Origin: Octopus vulgaris
Taxonomy: Eukaryota
Direction of reading: 5' to 3'
NCBI GenBank assembly: GCA_951406725.2
Contig: OX597817.1
Location: 8,680,001-8,744,000 of the forward strand
DNA length: 64,000 bases
Below are positions 12,520 through 29,914 of this stretch, piece after piece. The stretch's first letter is position 1, and each line of letters begins with the position of its first letter. The notes below the pieces were generated by a model that saw only the letters and a program-made list of their open reading frames with translations, had not been told where the DNA came from and searched no databases. Made by a program: the position numbers and the translations under genes.

Positions 12520-13430
12520 CAGTGATTTAGTAGTTGTTTAGTTCCTGTCTCTTTCTTCTGTCATCTTGAGAGCAGATCCATTATTCCTTGCTCAAAGAAT
12601 TTCCTCTCGTTACAGGCGAAAAAGTCTTCCAGGTGAATTTGTACAACCTTTGGCGAGCTGAAGATCTGCCCATTCAATGAAGTTTGAAAACACCGTAACA
12701 GGTGGAAATCTGAAGACAACAATGTAGGACAAATGTGGAAAGTAAAAAAAAAAACTTCCCATCCATGCTCCAGTAGCGTTTGTAGCATCTACAAAGAAGT
12801 GCGTGGACTGGCTTTGACGTGATGAAAGACAGCACCATTACGATTAGCAAGTTCTGGAAGCTTCCTGTGAGTCGCTACGTTTTATTTGTCTGCCTGGTTA
12901 CAGTACACAACCAAATTCATGGTTCTGTTTGAGGCATAGAGCTTTCAATCCACTAAATGGGAAACATAATTTTCATCGAATGAAATCCTGCTTTGAAGGC
13001 TGCTTGTGGTGATCCGCTGTGTTCCCCATATCATTCTCACATCATCTTCTTATAGACGATCCATTTTCTCCACCTGTCATTATTCTGTTCAAGAAAAAAA
13101 TATCGTTTTCTTTACACACCTGCAACGAACCGCAGGTAGACTTTCGTCGGGCCATGTTCTCCCCATTCAATTGATATGGGACCCAAACATCGTCCCAGCT
13201 GACGTAATCAATTGATGCTGATGGCGTTCATCACTCGATTTGGATACATTGGTGAATATCTGCGATCATCCTGGTCGCTTAACGGGGTTTGGTCTCGATT
13301 AATTCTTTCACTTTGTCTTGATCTCAGTCACCCGCTCGGAGCGAGGGGCATTTGAAGGAAAATATTTCTCGAGAGAAATACTGAGAACAACTTCTGCAGT
13401 ATACGTTCCTTAACAGCTTCCTCTCTATAC
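12520..13430 (-). mobile_element. mariner transposase remnant
   Basis: LLEHGWEV..LSSDFHLLRCFQTSLNGQIFSS..EDFF..FFEQGIMDLLSR resembles mariner C-terminus. Confidence 0.75.
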
Positions 13431-13575
13431 ACAGCAAATAGCTCTCTTTCCATTTACACATTTCACACGCTCATATATGTGCGTGCGAAATGTGTGTGCA
13501 TGTATGTGTGTGTGTGAGAGAGAGAGAGAGTGTGTGTGTGTGTGTACGAGCAACCATGTGCGCGCGCGAACGCGG

Positions 13576-13970
<395 letters not shown>

Positions 13971-14376
13971 CACACATACACACACAAAATAAAAAGCTAT
14001 ATGATATAAGCTACTTTGAAGCGATGGAGCAATGAAATGAGATGATTTGCCAATGGATAAGGAATAACCAGAAATATCTGATTATTATCAAAATGCGATA
14101 TACATGATAAACATGTGCCTTTTTTGGGATCAGGAGGGAAAAAAAAAAACATTCTATAATCATACATTTAAGCCGGTATGTACCACCTTAACGCATAATA
14201 TCGCTTTTTGCTTTTAGCGAGATAAAAACCGCTGTAAAAATTTGCAGCCATCTTAATTTCATTATACACTTTTTGGTCTCTTGTCAATTCCGGTTACTCT
14301 GCAGACCCATCCACTAATGTAACCTTCTAACACATTATTCCATATTATTTTGGTTGTATATTATGGTGCAGTTTGA

Positions 14377-14812
14377 AGGCGGCAAGCTGACAGAATCGTT
14401 AGCACACTGGGTAAAATGTATAGCAGTATTTCGTTTGTTTCCACCTTCTGAGTTCAAATTCCACTGGGGTCGACTTTGCCTTTCATCCTTTCGAGGTCAA
14501 TAAAATGGGTACAAGCTATATAGTGGGATCAATGTTAATCGACTTGCCTCATGCCCCAAAATTGCTGGCCTGGTGCCAATATTGTTATTATCGTTAAGGT
14601 GTTGAGCTGGCAGAATCGTTAGCATGAAGGGCAAAATGCTTAGCGGCATTGCGTCCGTCTATATGTCCTGGGTTCAAAATCCACTGGAGTCAAATTCTGC
14701 CTTTCATCAGTTCAGGGTTGATGAAATGAGTACCAGTTGAGCACTGGGGTCAATGTAATAGACTTACCCACTCCCCCGCACTTGCTGGCTTGTGCCAAAA
14801 TTTGAATCCAAT
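14377..14812 (+). mobile_element. Two adjacent diverged SINE family B monomers
   Basis: Heads at ~14377 and ~14597, each with GCCTTTCATC..TACCAG-like domain. Confidence 0.8.
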
Positions 14813-15240
14813 ATTAATGCACATTTTTTTAACACTATCTCGGTTGACTTTTATTTCATCAATTTTAAAATTTCATATTTAATTCATTTTGCTTTATATC
14901 GATAATCGCGCCTTTTTCTATCATTTTCGTTCCCTATCCATTTTTGAAATGAATTTTACTTTCTTTTACCATTTTTTAAAAATTTCATACTTTTATAATT
15001 TTGTAAATTTATAATTTTATATTACATCTTATATATTACATCTTACACCTGATAGAGAAAAAATTGTAATATATATTTATCAGCTACTTCCACTTACTTT
15101 TTATTCCTCACACGACCGGCTCACTTCCTTGCTGCATCACGACTTTCTCATGATTTTTTAAAAAATATACACTCTTCTATTAGTCGTACATTCGAACGTG
15201 TTATTAGTTATACACTGAATGAACGTCTATGTAAAGGAAT

Positions 15241-15624
15241 GGAGGCGCAATGGCCCAGTGGTTAGGGTAGCGGACTCGCGGTCATAGGATCGCGGTTTCG
15301 ATTCCCAGACCGGGCGTTGTGAGTGTTTATTGAGCGAAAACACCTAAAGCTCCACGAGGCTCCGGCAGGGGATGGTGGTGATCCTTGCTGTACTCTTTCA
15401 CCACAACTTTCTCTCACTCTTACTTCCTGTTTCTGTTGTACCTGTATTTCAAAGGGCCGGCCTTGTCACTCTCTGTGTCACGCTGAATATCCCCGAGAAC
15501 TACGTTAAGGGTACACGTGTCTGTGGAGTGCTCAGCCACTTACACGTTAATTTCACGAGCAGGCTGTTCCGTTGATTCGGATCAACCGGAACCCTCGTCG
15601 TCGTAACCGACGGAGTGCTTCCAA
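15241..15624 (+). mobile_element. SINE family C (tRNA-Arg-like head, octopus OR-type), full length
   Basis: TGGCCCAGTGG A box, GACTCGCG anticodon-like loop, TTTCGATTCCC B box; TSD ATGTAAAGGAAT(G) at 15229 and 15625. Confidence 0.9.
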
Positions 15625-15817
15625 ATGTAAAGGAATGAGGAATCTATGTGCGTAAACATATGTGAAAGTCTGCGTACCTGTGATTGTATATATGTGCAGA
15701 AAAATAGTCAAAGATAGAATATGAAGCTATAATTTCATATATCTACAATTATATTCTTATAAATTTTCCAGTTTTTGTTACACTTTTATTTAAGTTTTAT
15801 CATCAGATAAAGAAATA

Positions 15818-16114
15818 TACCGGGTGGATGGAAAGTAACCAGGTATTAGAAATTGCTTATAATATTTTTAGCATCACTGAAGTCATGACGAAAACATTTA
15901 TTTCACAGACAACACTTGTTACTTGTTTCAGTCATTTGACTGCGGCCATGCTGGAGCACCGCCTTTAGTCGAGCAACTCGACCCTGGGACTTATTCTTTT
16001 TGTAAGCCCAGTACTTATTCTATCGGTCTCTTTTTGCCGAACCGCTAGGTGACGGGGACGTAAACACACCAGCATCGGTTGTCAAGCAATGCTAGGGGAA
16101 CAAACACAGACACA

Positions 16115-16213
<99 letters not shown>

Positions 16214-17120
16214 GACAGACTCCTTTCAGTTTCCGTCTACCAAATCCACTCACAAGGCATTGGTCGGCCCGGGGCTATAGCAGAAGACACCTGCCCAAGA
16301 TGCCACGCAGTGGAACTGAACCCGGAACCATGTGGTTGCTTAGCAAGCTACTTACCACACAGCCACTCCTGCGCCTAATGGAGATTTCTTATTGTTTTAT
16401 TTCTTATTTTCCAGATGGCTGGTCGCTTGAGAGTTCAGGAGCGAGCTAAGATAGCAGTAATCTATGAAGTATAGAATTCCATTGTTTTGGTTCAGAGATG
16501 GTAAGCATGCAACACTGTGTCCGGAGACAATACAAGTTGTCATGCGAAGGTGATGACCACGAGATCTGTGAACGATGCAAGAAGAAGTGGCCATCCAGCC
16601 ACATCCCGATCAGCGGAGTAAACGGCAACAGTGCAGGAAATGTCTAATCGCAGTCGGCAAGAATCATTACGTCAAGCAACTCGTGAAAGTAGACTGACGA
16701 GACACACAAATCGTACGGAGTTGCATAAAGAACTGAATTTTCGTCCGTGGAAACCCCATTACGTGCAGGAGGTAAAGCATGATGAGACGACGTAAAGCAT
16801 GATGAGACGACGTGCAGGAGGTAAAGCATGAATGGCCTCCAAGAAATCCAGATCTCATTCCATGTGATTTTTACCTGTAGGGTTACAAAAAGAGGAAGGG
16901 TACAAACAAAACCTCGCACACTGGAGGACTTGGAGACACGGATTCAGAAGGTTCTCAATGATACCCCAGAAGACGTCCTTCAGAAAGATGTTCATTCTAT
17001 CCTTGGCCGTTTAAGGGAACTGGTTGACGCCACCGGTGCTTACGTTGAAATATGGAGATTTACTTTCATTTTCCTATGTAATAAAGAACATGCATCATTT
17101 GTTTCAATAAATTTGTAATA
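15818..17120 (+). mobile_element. Tc1/mariner (maT-like) internally deleted remnant, interrupted by SINE A
   Basis: TA-CCGGGTG terminus; SVNDARRSGHP..LNFRPWKPHYVQEV N-terminal region; KPRTLEDLETRIQ..GRLRELVDATGAYVE C-terminus. Confidence 0.65.
15918..16376 (-). mobile_element. SINE family A, full length
   Basis: Head, internal (CA)n(TA)n and tail intact. Confidence 0.9.
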
Positions 17121-17476
17121 GGAATTTGGATTTATTGAAGATCTTGCGTAACATAAAACAAAACACACCAAAGGGCAGAGTAAATGAAGAGAGATACAGT
17201 GGTTTTCGTCCTAGATAAAATCACTTTTAACAGTATGTGTTAAAAACGCATTATATACCGGAGTGACACTAAAAATTGTTCCAGTGGCAGTTAGCCAGAG
17301 AGCTAGATTCATTTGAGCTTTCATGGGGCTTGTCAATAACGTGTCAGGTCTCTATCAAGCGCTACTAGTAACATGTAACTCAGTACAACCTGTCGCGTGG
17401 TCATCAGCAAATAAACCCGTAATCCCAACAAGCTTGCTTGCTAAGGAGGTGGATTTATTGAAAATCTTGCGTAACA

Positions 17477-17940
<464 letters not shown>

Positions 17941-18952
17941 GTAACATAAATCAAAACACACCAAAGTGCGGAGGAACTGAAGAGAGCCAACGATTGTCCA
18001 GTAATGTGTGAAGGTGCGGTGCGGAGTGGTTAGGATGGTGCAGCCACGATCGCAGGACCATGGATTCGATTCCCAGACCAGAAGTGCGTTCTGTTCTTGA
18101 GTAAAAACAGGACAGTTCTTGAGTAAAAACAAAGAGTCGTTAGACTAGAACGAGAGTAAAATAATGAACGGCGGGAGAAATATTTTCTGTGAAAAGAGAA
18201 AAGATAGAAGAGAGAGAAATAAAAGTACAGTCTTTTAAACGTCCATACAAGAAAAGAAAGATGGTTACGTGAGCAGAAGAATGATGGACAATGGTCACGT
18301 GTGAACAACGACAGAGAGAAAAAGAGAAAGAGGGGAGAGAGAGACAGACAGATAGAAAATGGTGAAAGAGGGAGGGGAATAAGAAAGGAATTAGTGAAGG
18401 ATCCCAACTTTGACCCTCCATAAATCCTAAATTATATTTTAGAATTTATGGGAGCAACAGTCTCTGAAGATTCACACATATATAGGTATATACAGATAAG
18501 CATTATATTGTTATGAGCATACACATACATACATATACGTACACATACAACAATTACTAATAGGCACTAATCCAGAGACAAACGGGGGTACCATTATGTA
18601 CATACGCACCTACTGTACGCATCTACTCATAATCATTAAACTGCGCAATGTGTAACTCATACATACAGATTCCCATTAATCTATGTGGTTCGATACAAAC
18701 ACATAGCAAAATACGCGACTGGACAATGACATATCAGACACACAGACAGATCAATTACACATACAATGATACATACATTCTAACGCATGTATGCTTATGA
18801 AAATATACACGTACGCACAAATGTTCGTTAACACCGGCTCACGTACGTTAAACGGTGCACGTGCACTGAAGGTCTACGTGGCATATCAATTGAGTCTCGT
18901 GACTAATATCTATAGGGAGATTACGTGGGAGTGAACTTGTACAGACATGTAA

Positions 18953-18987
<35 letters not shown>

Positions 18988-19131
18988 CGCGCGTACACAC
19001 ACGCACACACACACACACATACACACACACACATGCACACACACACATGCACACACACAACTGTGTATATGGCGTTTGTGTGCGTGGTGCATGTGTGTGC
19101 TTGAGTGTGTGTGCATGTGTATGTGTGTGTG

Positions 19132-19173
<42 letters not shown>

Positions 19174-19288
19174 AATGAGATAGGGGTTGAAAATTCAACC
19201 CACCATGGGATAACATATATCCAATATACTGTTAATTGATTTAAGTATGTTTCTCCATTTTCTAATTTTGTAATATATATATATATAT

Positions 19289-19544
19289 ATAACATAAGGG
19301 ACTAAAGCCATCTGAATATGGCTAGGGACAGGGCAGGGTGGTGGGGGTGTTACTGTTGCATTTAGCCCCAGGCGAACATCGACGTCACCAGAAAGGCTCG
19401 ACACCGTCACGGTGTCCTTATCCTGACGGTGTCGAACCTTTCTGGTGACGTCGATGTTCGCCTGGGGCTAAATGCAACAGTAACACCCCCACCACCCTGC
19501 CCTGTCCCTAGCCATATTCAGATGGCTTTAGTCCCTTATGTTAT
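19289..19544. repeat. Near-perfect palindrome, 121-bp arms and 14-bp spacer
   Basis: 19289-19409 vs 19424-19544, one mismatch seen; left end abuts (TA)n. Confidence 0.95.
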
Positions 19545-19586
19545 CGAGCAGTTACTGTCTATATCTCTTTTAGAGAATTATTATTG

Positions 19587-19626
<40 letters not shown>

Positions 19627-19681
19627 AGAGAGAGATGAGAGGAGAGGTACACACACACACGCATTCAGAGAGATGTATATT

Positions 19682-19725
<44 letters not shown>

Positions 19726-19822
19726 TACACTTATGTGCGTATATATATGCGTACACACACACATATGTATATATATAATACACACACATGTGTATATAAT
19801 AAATAAATAAATGAATAAATAT

Positions 19823-19886
<64 letters not shown>

Positions 19887-20223
19887 GTGTACAGTTTGTA
19901 CGAATATTGATGCACACACGAGCATATACGTAATTATTCTGGTCAGCGTTTGATTCGGTCGTTAATATAAAGGTACATACACGCATGCTGACAGACGTCC
20001 GTGTGCAGGGATTCATAGATTCATACCTGGAAACGTACACATGCACACACACATGCACATACACACACACACAGACACACATACACAGACACACACACAC
20101 ACACACACACACACATACTCTCTCTCTCTCTCTCTCTCACGTACTCTTATATAAACTCTTGACCACATCCGGAAACACACTCTCGCCTATGCAAGTCCAA
20201 ATATATAAAATACATGCATATAT

Positions 20224-20640
20224 AGGCGCAGGAGTGGCTGTGTGGTAAGTAGCTTGCTAACCAGCCACATGGTTCCGGGTTCAGTCCCACTGCGTGGCAT
20301 CTGGGGCAAGTGTCTTCTGCTATAGCCCCAGGCCGACCAATGCCTTGTGAGTGGATTTGGTAGACGGAAACTGAAAGAAGCATGTCGTATATATGTATAT
20401 ATATATATATATATAAGTGTGTGTGTATGTGTTTGTGTGTCTGTGTTTGTCCCCCTAGCATTGCTTGACAACCGATGCTGGTTTGTTTCCGTCCCCGTCA
20501 CTTAGCGGTTCGGCAAAAGAGACCGATAGAATAAGTACTGGGCTTACAAAGAATAAGTCCCGGATCGATTTGCTCGACTAAAGGCGGTGCTCCAGCATGG
20601 CCGCAGTCAAATGGCTGAAACAAGTAAAAGAGAAAAGAGA
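20224..20640 (+). mobile_element. SINE family A, full length
   Basis: Head and tail consensus. Confidence 0.9.
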
Positions 20641-21003
20641 ATATGAACTGTCCAATGAAAGAAGGTCGTGTGTTTCACATCCTCTGATTAGATGCTTCCA
20701 TCATTGGCTATCTGGCCATTTTTTTTCTTTTTACCGTTTGCGCTTCTCCGAGATCTCTTGCACCCGTTCGACATTGCTAGAGAGGAGATGTCTACAAATG
20801 GATTGTCTTCGATCATATAGTTCTTCAGTGCGAATAACACCGACTGAGAGAAACAGAGCTGTCTTTTTCGGAGACAGAATGGCAGAATCAACTGGATTTG
20901 GACGCATGTCCATTTCGTTTCAGTCCAACATCTCTCTCCCCATCTCTCCCTTTGACTCTCATACGTACATACAAAGTCACTCACACGAACTCATCTCTCT
21001 CTT

Positions 21004-21075
<72 letters not shown>

Positions 21076-21098
21076 CATACAAACGCACATACATAATT

Positions 21099-21284
<186 letters not shown>

Positions 21285-22415
21285 TGATAGATATGTGTGT
21301 GTATATATATATATGCATATTAATGTACATACACATACATATACGCATTCGTATACACAAATATATATATATGTATATATATATCTATATATTTGTATAT
21401 ATATATTTGTATATATATATATATATATTTATGCACACACCCGTTCACACTAACACATGTTTGTGTACACCCATGTCCATAGACACGCGAATATTCATAA
21501 TGAAAATGATACCCATAAACATACACATACACGTATACACAACACACATACATTTATACGAACACACATACAATTATATGCATTCGCAAATATCTGCTCA
21601 TATAGATACATATACGAGTGCTGATGCACATAGATATATTCATATGCAAAAACTCATACAGATGCATACACACGAACATGGATTTCTATACATGCATTCA
21701 ATCAAACATGCACATACTCACTTACACACAACCAGATGCACACAGACACACACACTCACCCCACTTACACGCAATACGCACACACACAAGCGTTGACACC
21801 TTAAATAAGCACACACACACACGCACAGAAACACACGTCCGTATGCACACACACATGCGCTCATCTACATAGGAACAACGGCATACATGCAAATACGCAT
21901 ACCTGTACACATAGAGTCACAAGTAACGTATGCGTGTATGCACGTGTGTGAGAGAACCTCCCTATGACTGTAGATCTGTTTATCTGAATTGAAAGCCTTA
22001 CACACAAACACAGACATATATGCAGGCATACACCTGTCTAAATATGAACGCATAGCTTAGCATGAGTCAGCCAACCGCCCACGTATCGAATGCCAAAAAG
22101 ATGCACAACAATCGATTGACTATTGAAACAAAGCGATGTTGCCAGTTGCACCTTGCAATGGTTGATGTAAAGTGCAGCCACGACGCCCTAATTATACCGT
22201 TGATGCACCGAAGTTATTTCTGCCGCTTTTCTCACGCAACGCATTCTGTATTGCAAATGTATCTGCAACAGAGGCAGCGACGACTGCAGCTATAATAATA
22301 ACGTGTGAATGCAGAGGGTGGGGGGTGGGGTTTCAATCTGAGCTGACGTACCGGGCTAAACGACAAAGACGATAACGATGACAACACAAACAGCAACATC
22401 ATCATCATCATCATC

Positions 22416-25258
<2,843 letters not shown>

Positions 25259-25670
25259 TACCCTGATGCAGTACCAGGCAGTGGCTCTCATGCCTTTTGA
25301 TCTTAACTGATTGGAAGTGTTATCATGTACATTGGTTTGTCTTGGTATAAAAGTTGGAATACAGCAAATATTTTGCTCAATAATACAGGTTTGACTGTCA
25401 GTTTTGACACTTTAACCATGTCCCTTAGTGGCTGATGATATGTGCATTACTGATCACGAGCAGAAGTAGTGGGGAGCATCATAGCCATGTGTTATGAAGA
25501 ATTCTTTAGGATTTGAATAATTCATCTCTGGAAACATGGGTGTTTTGTCCATCTTCAAACAAACCGTATTCAGGATCATTTTAAGCAGGATAGACTACTC
25601 AACCTGAAGAAAATTCTAACTGGGCCCCACCTGCAAGGTCATACGCTGTTTATCCTGATATAAGATTACT

Positions 25671-25890
25671 TCGATTGGAAGAGGGGCTTTCTCCGTCCGG
25701 GTTGCGGATCCGTGGAATAAGCTGCCGGACGAGATAGTGAAGATGCCGACGACCGCTCGGTTCAAAGTCTCCTTTGATCTCAAGTGGCCTGAACTCTTTA
25801 CATGAACACCACCCTGTACATAATTCCATGCCCCCCTACATGGCCTTGCTTTTTGCTTTATGAGCCAAAAGATTAACTTAACTTAACTTA
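25671..25890 (+). mobile_element. CR1-like LINE 3' end
   Basis: AFSVRVADPWNKLP..FK; (TAACT)n tail; TSD-like ATAAGATTAC / ATAAGATCAC. Confidence 0.8.
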
Positions 25891-26234
25891 TAAGATCACA
25901 ATACAATGTCGCGCACATATGGTTGTGGTGCATGTGCCTGATGTACCCTTATCAGACGAGTAGTCATGACGAGTATATTGGGCTTCGTATATTTTACCCC
26001 AGTATCACCTTGAGAGTAAGAGAGTCGCTTCTCCTGCAGTTCAATACAGATATAAGTATGTAACATGCATTTCAATTTTGTGTGTGTGGTAAATTAGATA
26101 ACTAATGGGGGACCCATTTAAATTTTCTGAGAATTCCCCCCACCCGGTCGAAACCCTGATATTCATTTTTCTGATATTGTCTGAAAAGTTAGTATAACAC
26201 ACACACGCGGGCACACATCCACATAACATATATA

Positions 26235-26655
26235 GGCTCAGGAGTGGCTGTGTGGTAAGTAGCTTGCTTACCAACCACACGATTCCGGGTTCAGTCCCAC
26301 TGCGTGGCACCTTGGGCATGTGTCTTCTACTATAGCCTCGGGCCGACCAGAACCTTGTGAGTGGATTTGTTAGACGGAAACTGAAAGAAGCCCGTCGTAT
26401 ATATATGTATATATGTATATGTGTGTGTGTTTGTGTGTCTGTGTTTGTGTGTCCCCCCCCCCTCAATATCGCTTGACAACCGATGCTGGTGTGTTTACCT
26501 CCCCGTTACTGAGCGGTCCGGCCAAAGAGACCGATAGAATAAGTACTAGGCTTACAAAGAATAAGTCCTGGGGTCGATTTGCTCGACTAAAAAGGTGGCG
26601 CTCCAGCATGGCCGCGGTCAAATGACTGAAACAAGTAAAAGAGAGAGAAAAGAGT
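26235..26655 (+). mobile_element. SINE family A, full length
   Basis: Head and tail consensus. Confidence 0.9.
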
Positions 26656-27046
26656 ATGTATTTATATGTGAGAGAGAGAGAGGAATGTTGTTTAACCCCT
26701 TCTGACACTGAGAGAGTAGACCTATGGTCGCTAGTTTTCCTGTTGTAACCATTCCAGTTCTTTCTTTAGTATACACAAGAATACACTGCTAGATATCTGC
26801 TTCCATTTTTCTAAGACAGCATGACGTGATTCAATGAAACTTTTGGCTACTGTATGTAAGCCGGTCGAGCAACCGCATCGAGGTTCACACGTGGCTTGTT
26901 TGTAGGAGCCAATGGCAACAGCTAAAAGAAGAAAAAATACGTTTATTGACGTAATTAGGTCAATACTGAGTAAATGTATGTGGGGGGGTGTGCTTTGCGT
27001 GCGATGTATCTGATTGTAAAAGAGAGAGAGGGGGAGAGAGAGAGAC

Positions 27047-27079
<33 letters not shown>

Positions 27080-27100
27080 GACAGAGACAGAGAGAGAGAC

Positions 27101-27181
<81 letters not shown>

Positions 27182-27188
27182 GAGAGAC

Positions 27189-27227
<39 letters not shown>

Positions 27228-27228
27228 C

Positions 27229-27291
<63 letters not shown>

Positions 27292-27736
27292 AAAAGGATA
27301 GTAGAGTTATTCCTCTGTTTATTTCTTTCGATGAATATAAATATATATATATATATATATGTGTACATTATATATATGTATGTATACATACTGCTGAGAT
27401 ACGTTAATCGATTGATCGATAAGAGGAAGAAGTAACTATAAAGGTGTTTTTGAGCAGAATTCGATCGATCGATCGTTCGATAAATATATTATAGATTCAT
27501 AGATAAGCAGATACATGTACAGGTAGATAAATAGATAGACGGAGGGAGGAAAGCAGTGGGTGTAATGGATCGAAATGTTGACTGTCAAGTTATTTGCAGC
27601 TTTATATTCAAATTTCGCTTTACGTCATTCTTACATATATAGAGAAAGCTGACGTACGTCAAACTACTTTTGTTCGTTCTTTTGTTTGTTCCTGTGAAGG
27701 GACTTGTACTTTAGGTTTGTGATATTCGGCTCACGA

Positions 27737-29003
27737 AAAGGCGGCGAGCTGGCAGAACCGTTAGCAACGCCAGGCGAAATTCGTAGCCGTATTTCGTCTA
27801 CCGTTACGTTCTGAGTTCAAATTCCACCGAGGTCGACTCTGCCTTTTTATCCTTTCGGGGGTCGATAAATTAAGTAGCAGTCACGCACTGGGGTCGATGT
27901 GATCGACTTGATCCGTTTGTCTGTCCTTGTTTGTCCCCTCTGTGTTTAGCCCCTTGTGGGTAGTAAAGATATAGGTATTTTGTCTGCCGCTACGTTCTGA
28001 GTTCAAATTCCGCCGAGGTTGACTTTGCCTTTCATCCTTTCGGGGTCGATAAATTAAGTACCAGTCATGCACTGGGGTCGATGTAATCGACTTAATCCGT
28101 TTGTCTGTCCTTGTTTGTCCCCTCTATGTCTAGCCCCTTGTGAGTAGTAAAGAAACAGATATTCGGCTCACGAAAAGGCGGCGAGCTGGCAGAACCGTTA
28201 GCACGCCGGGCGAAATGCGTAGTCGTATTTCGTCTAGCGCTACGTTCTGAGTTCAAATTCTACCGAGGTCGACTCTGCCTTTTTATCCTTTCGGGGGTCG
28301 ATAAATTAAGTACCAGTCACGCACTGGGGTTGATGTAATCGACTTAATGTCGACTTTGCCTTTCATACTTTCGGTGTCGATAAATTAACTACCAGTCACG
28401 CACTGGGGTCGATGTGATCGACTTGATCCGTTTGTCTGTCCTTGTTTGTCCCCTCTGTGTTTAGCCCCTTGTGGGTAGTAAAGATATAGGTATTTTGTCT
28501 GCCGCTACGTTCTGAGTTCAAATTCCGCCGAGGTTGACTTTGCCTTTCATCCTTTCGGGGTCGATAAATTAAGTACCAGTCATGCACTGGGGTCGATGTA
28601 ATCGACTTAATCCGTTTGTCTGTCCTTGTTTGTCCCCTCTATGTCTAGCCCCTTGTGAGTAGTAAAGAAACAGATATTCGGCTCACGAAAAGGCGGCGAG
28701 CTGGCAGAACCGTTAGCACGCCGGGCGAAATGCGTAGTCGTATTTCGTCTAGCGCTACGTTCTGAGTTCAAATTCTACCGAGGTCGACTCTGCCTTTTTA
28801 TCCTTTCGGGGGTCGATAAATTAAGTACCAGTCACGCACTGGGGTTGATGTAATCGACTTAATGTCGACTTTGCCTTTCATACTTTCGGTGTCGATAAAT
28901 TAACTACCAGTCACGCACTGGGGTCGATGTAATCGACTTAATCCGTTTGTCTGTCCTTGTTTGTCCCCTCTATGTTTAGCCCCTTGTGAGTAGTAAAGAA
29001 ACA
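27737..29003 (+). mobile_element. SINE family B tandem array with ~515-bp higher-order duplication
   Basis: Three heads; 16-bp GATATTCGGCTCACGA at 27721, 28158, 28673 and 29004. Confidence 0.9.
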
Positions 29004-29292
29004 GATATTCGGCTCACGATCATGAGGTTGTGAGTTCGATTCCCGACGGGGAGTTGTGTCCTTGTGCAACACATTTTATCTCACGTTGTTCTAGTCCACA
29101 CAGCTGACAAAAATGAATGTAATACGCGTAATTTAAAGGGTGCCAGACTTGTCTCATTCTGTCCCACGCTGAATCTCCCTGGGAACTATGTTAAGGGTCC
29201 ACATGTCTGTGGAGTACTCAGTCACTTGCACGTTAATTTCACAAACCAGCTGTTTCGTTGATCGGATCCGTCATCGTAACCGACGGAATTCT
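29004..29292 (+). mobile_element. Mosaic SINE (family D body plus family C tail); its head is split by the array
   Basis: GTTCGATTCCC B box, TTGTGTCCTTG..CACGTTG body, CACGCTGAAT..CGTAACCGACGG tail. Confidence 0.75.
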
Positions 29293-29469
29293 AGTCTTTT
29301 TTTCTTTTTCTCTCTCATTTCGAATCTCTCGTATTGTTTCTTCTATATAAGGCGGTGAGTTGCAGAATCGTTAGCACGACGGATAAAATGCATAGCAGCA
29401 TTTCGTTCGTCCTTTAGTTCTGAGTTCAAATTCCGCCGAGGTCGACTTTGTCTTTCCTACTTCCGGGGT

Positions 29470-29914
29470 CGTGTACACCAGCGCCAAACTCCATGTGTGT
29501 AATCTTTATAGACACACGATGATCTTCCTCTAAAAAATTTCAAATTTTCTGAACTAGCTGTGATGTTCTTACTTCTCTCTCCACACCTCTCATCGTCTTT
29601 CACTCCCTCTCTACTATCACTGAACCACTCACGCCAACGAGAATCATATCTCGGCTCATACAAGTTAATGCATAAACCGTCTGGAACATTTCATAGGTAG
29701 CTCATGAGCTTGCAAATTGTCTTGTCGTCCCGACTGCATTCTGCAAACTAGTCATCTGTGACTAGCAGTGCTTAATAAGGTATAGTAAAAGTGCTGTTAC
29801 AGCCGTTACCTTCAATCTGGAATAAAAAGTTGGCAGGTCAGCTTATTAGATATACTAAAATTACACCTCTCCTAAAAGAAAAAAATATTTTCAAAACTTC
29901 TGGAATGCACCTCG
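29470..29914 (-). mobile_element. mariner remnant, 5' part with TIR
   Basis: WREWFSDSREGVKDDERCG HTH-linker motif; TIR ..GGAATGCACCTCG-TA. Confidence 0.65.

Noticed and set aside
15241-15315. tRNA-like sequences (also 34844, 47814, 60040)
   Set aside because: SINE heads continuing into SINE bodies, three of them with TSDs; no proper acceptor stem or terminator
19345-19405. Plus-strand hammerhead reading of the palindrome arm (CUGUUGC..GAAAGGCUC)
   Set aside because: Two core mismatches, and GAAA is not conserved in the two homologous elements
20597-20984. Possible coding exon in unique sequence (several open frames, GTAAAA after KRK on minus)
   Set aside because: No recognisable domain, no clear acceptor, and the ORFs run into SINE or microsatellite
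27737-29003. CRISPR-like or satellite array
   Set aside because: Units are SINE bodies without unique spacers; eukaryotic context
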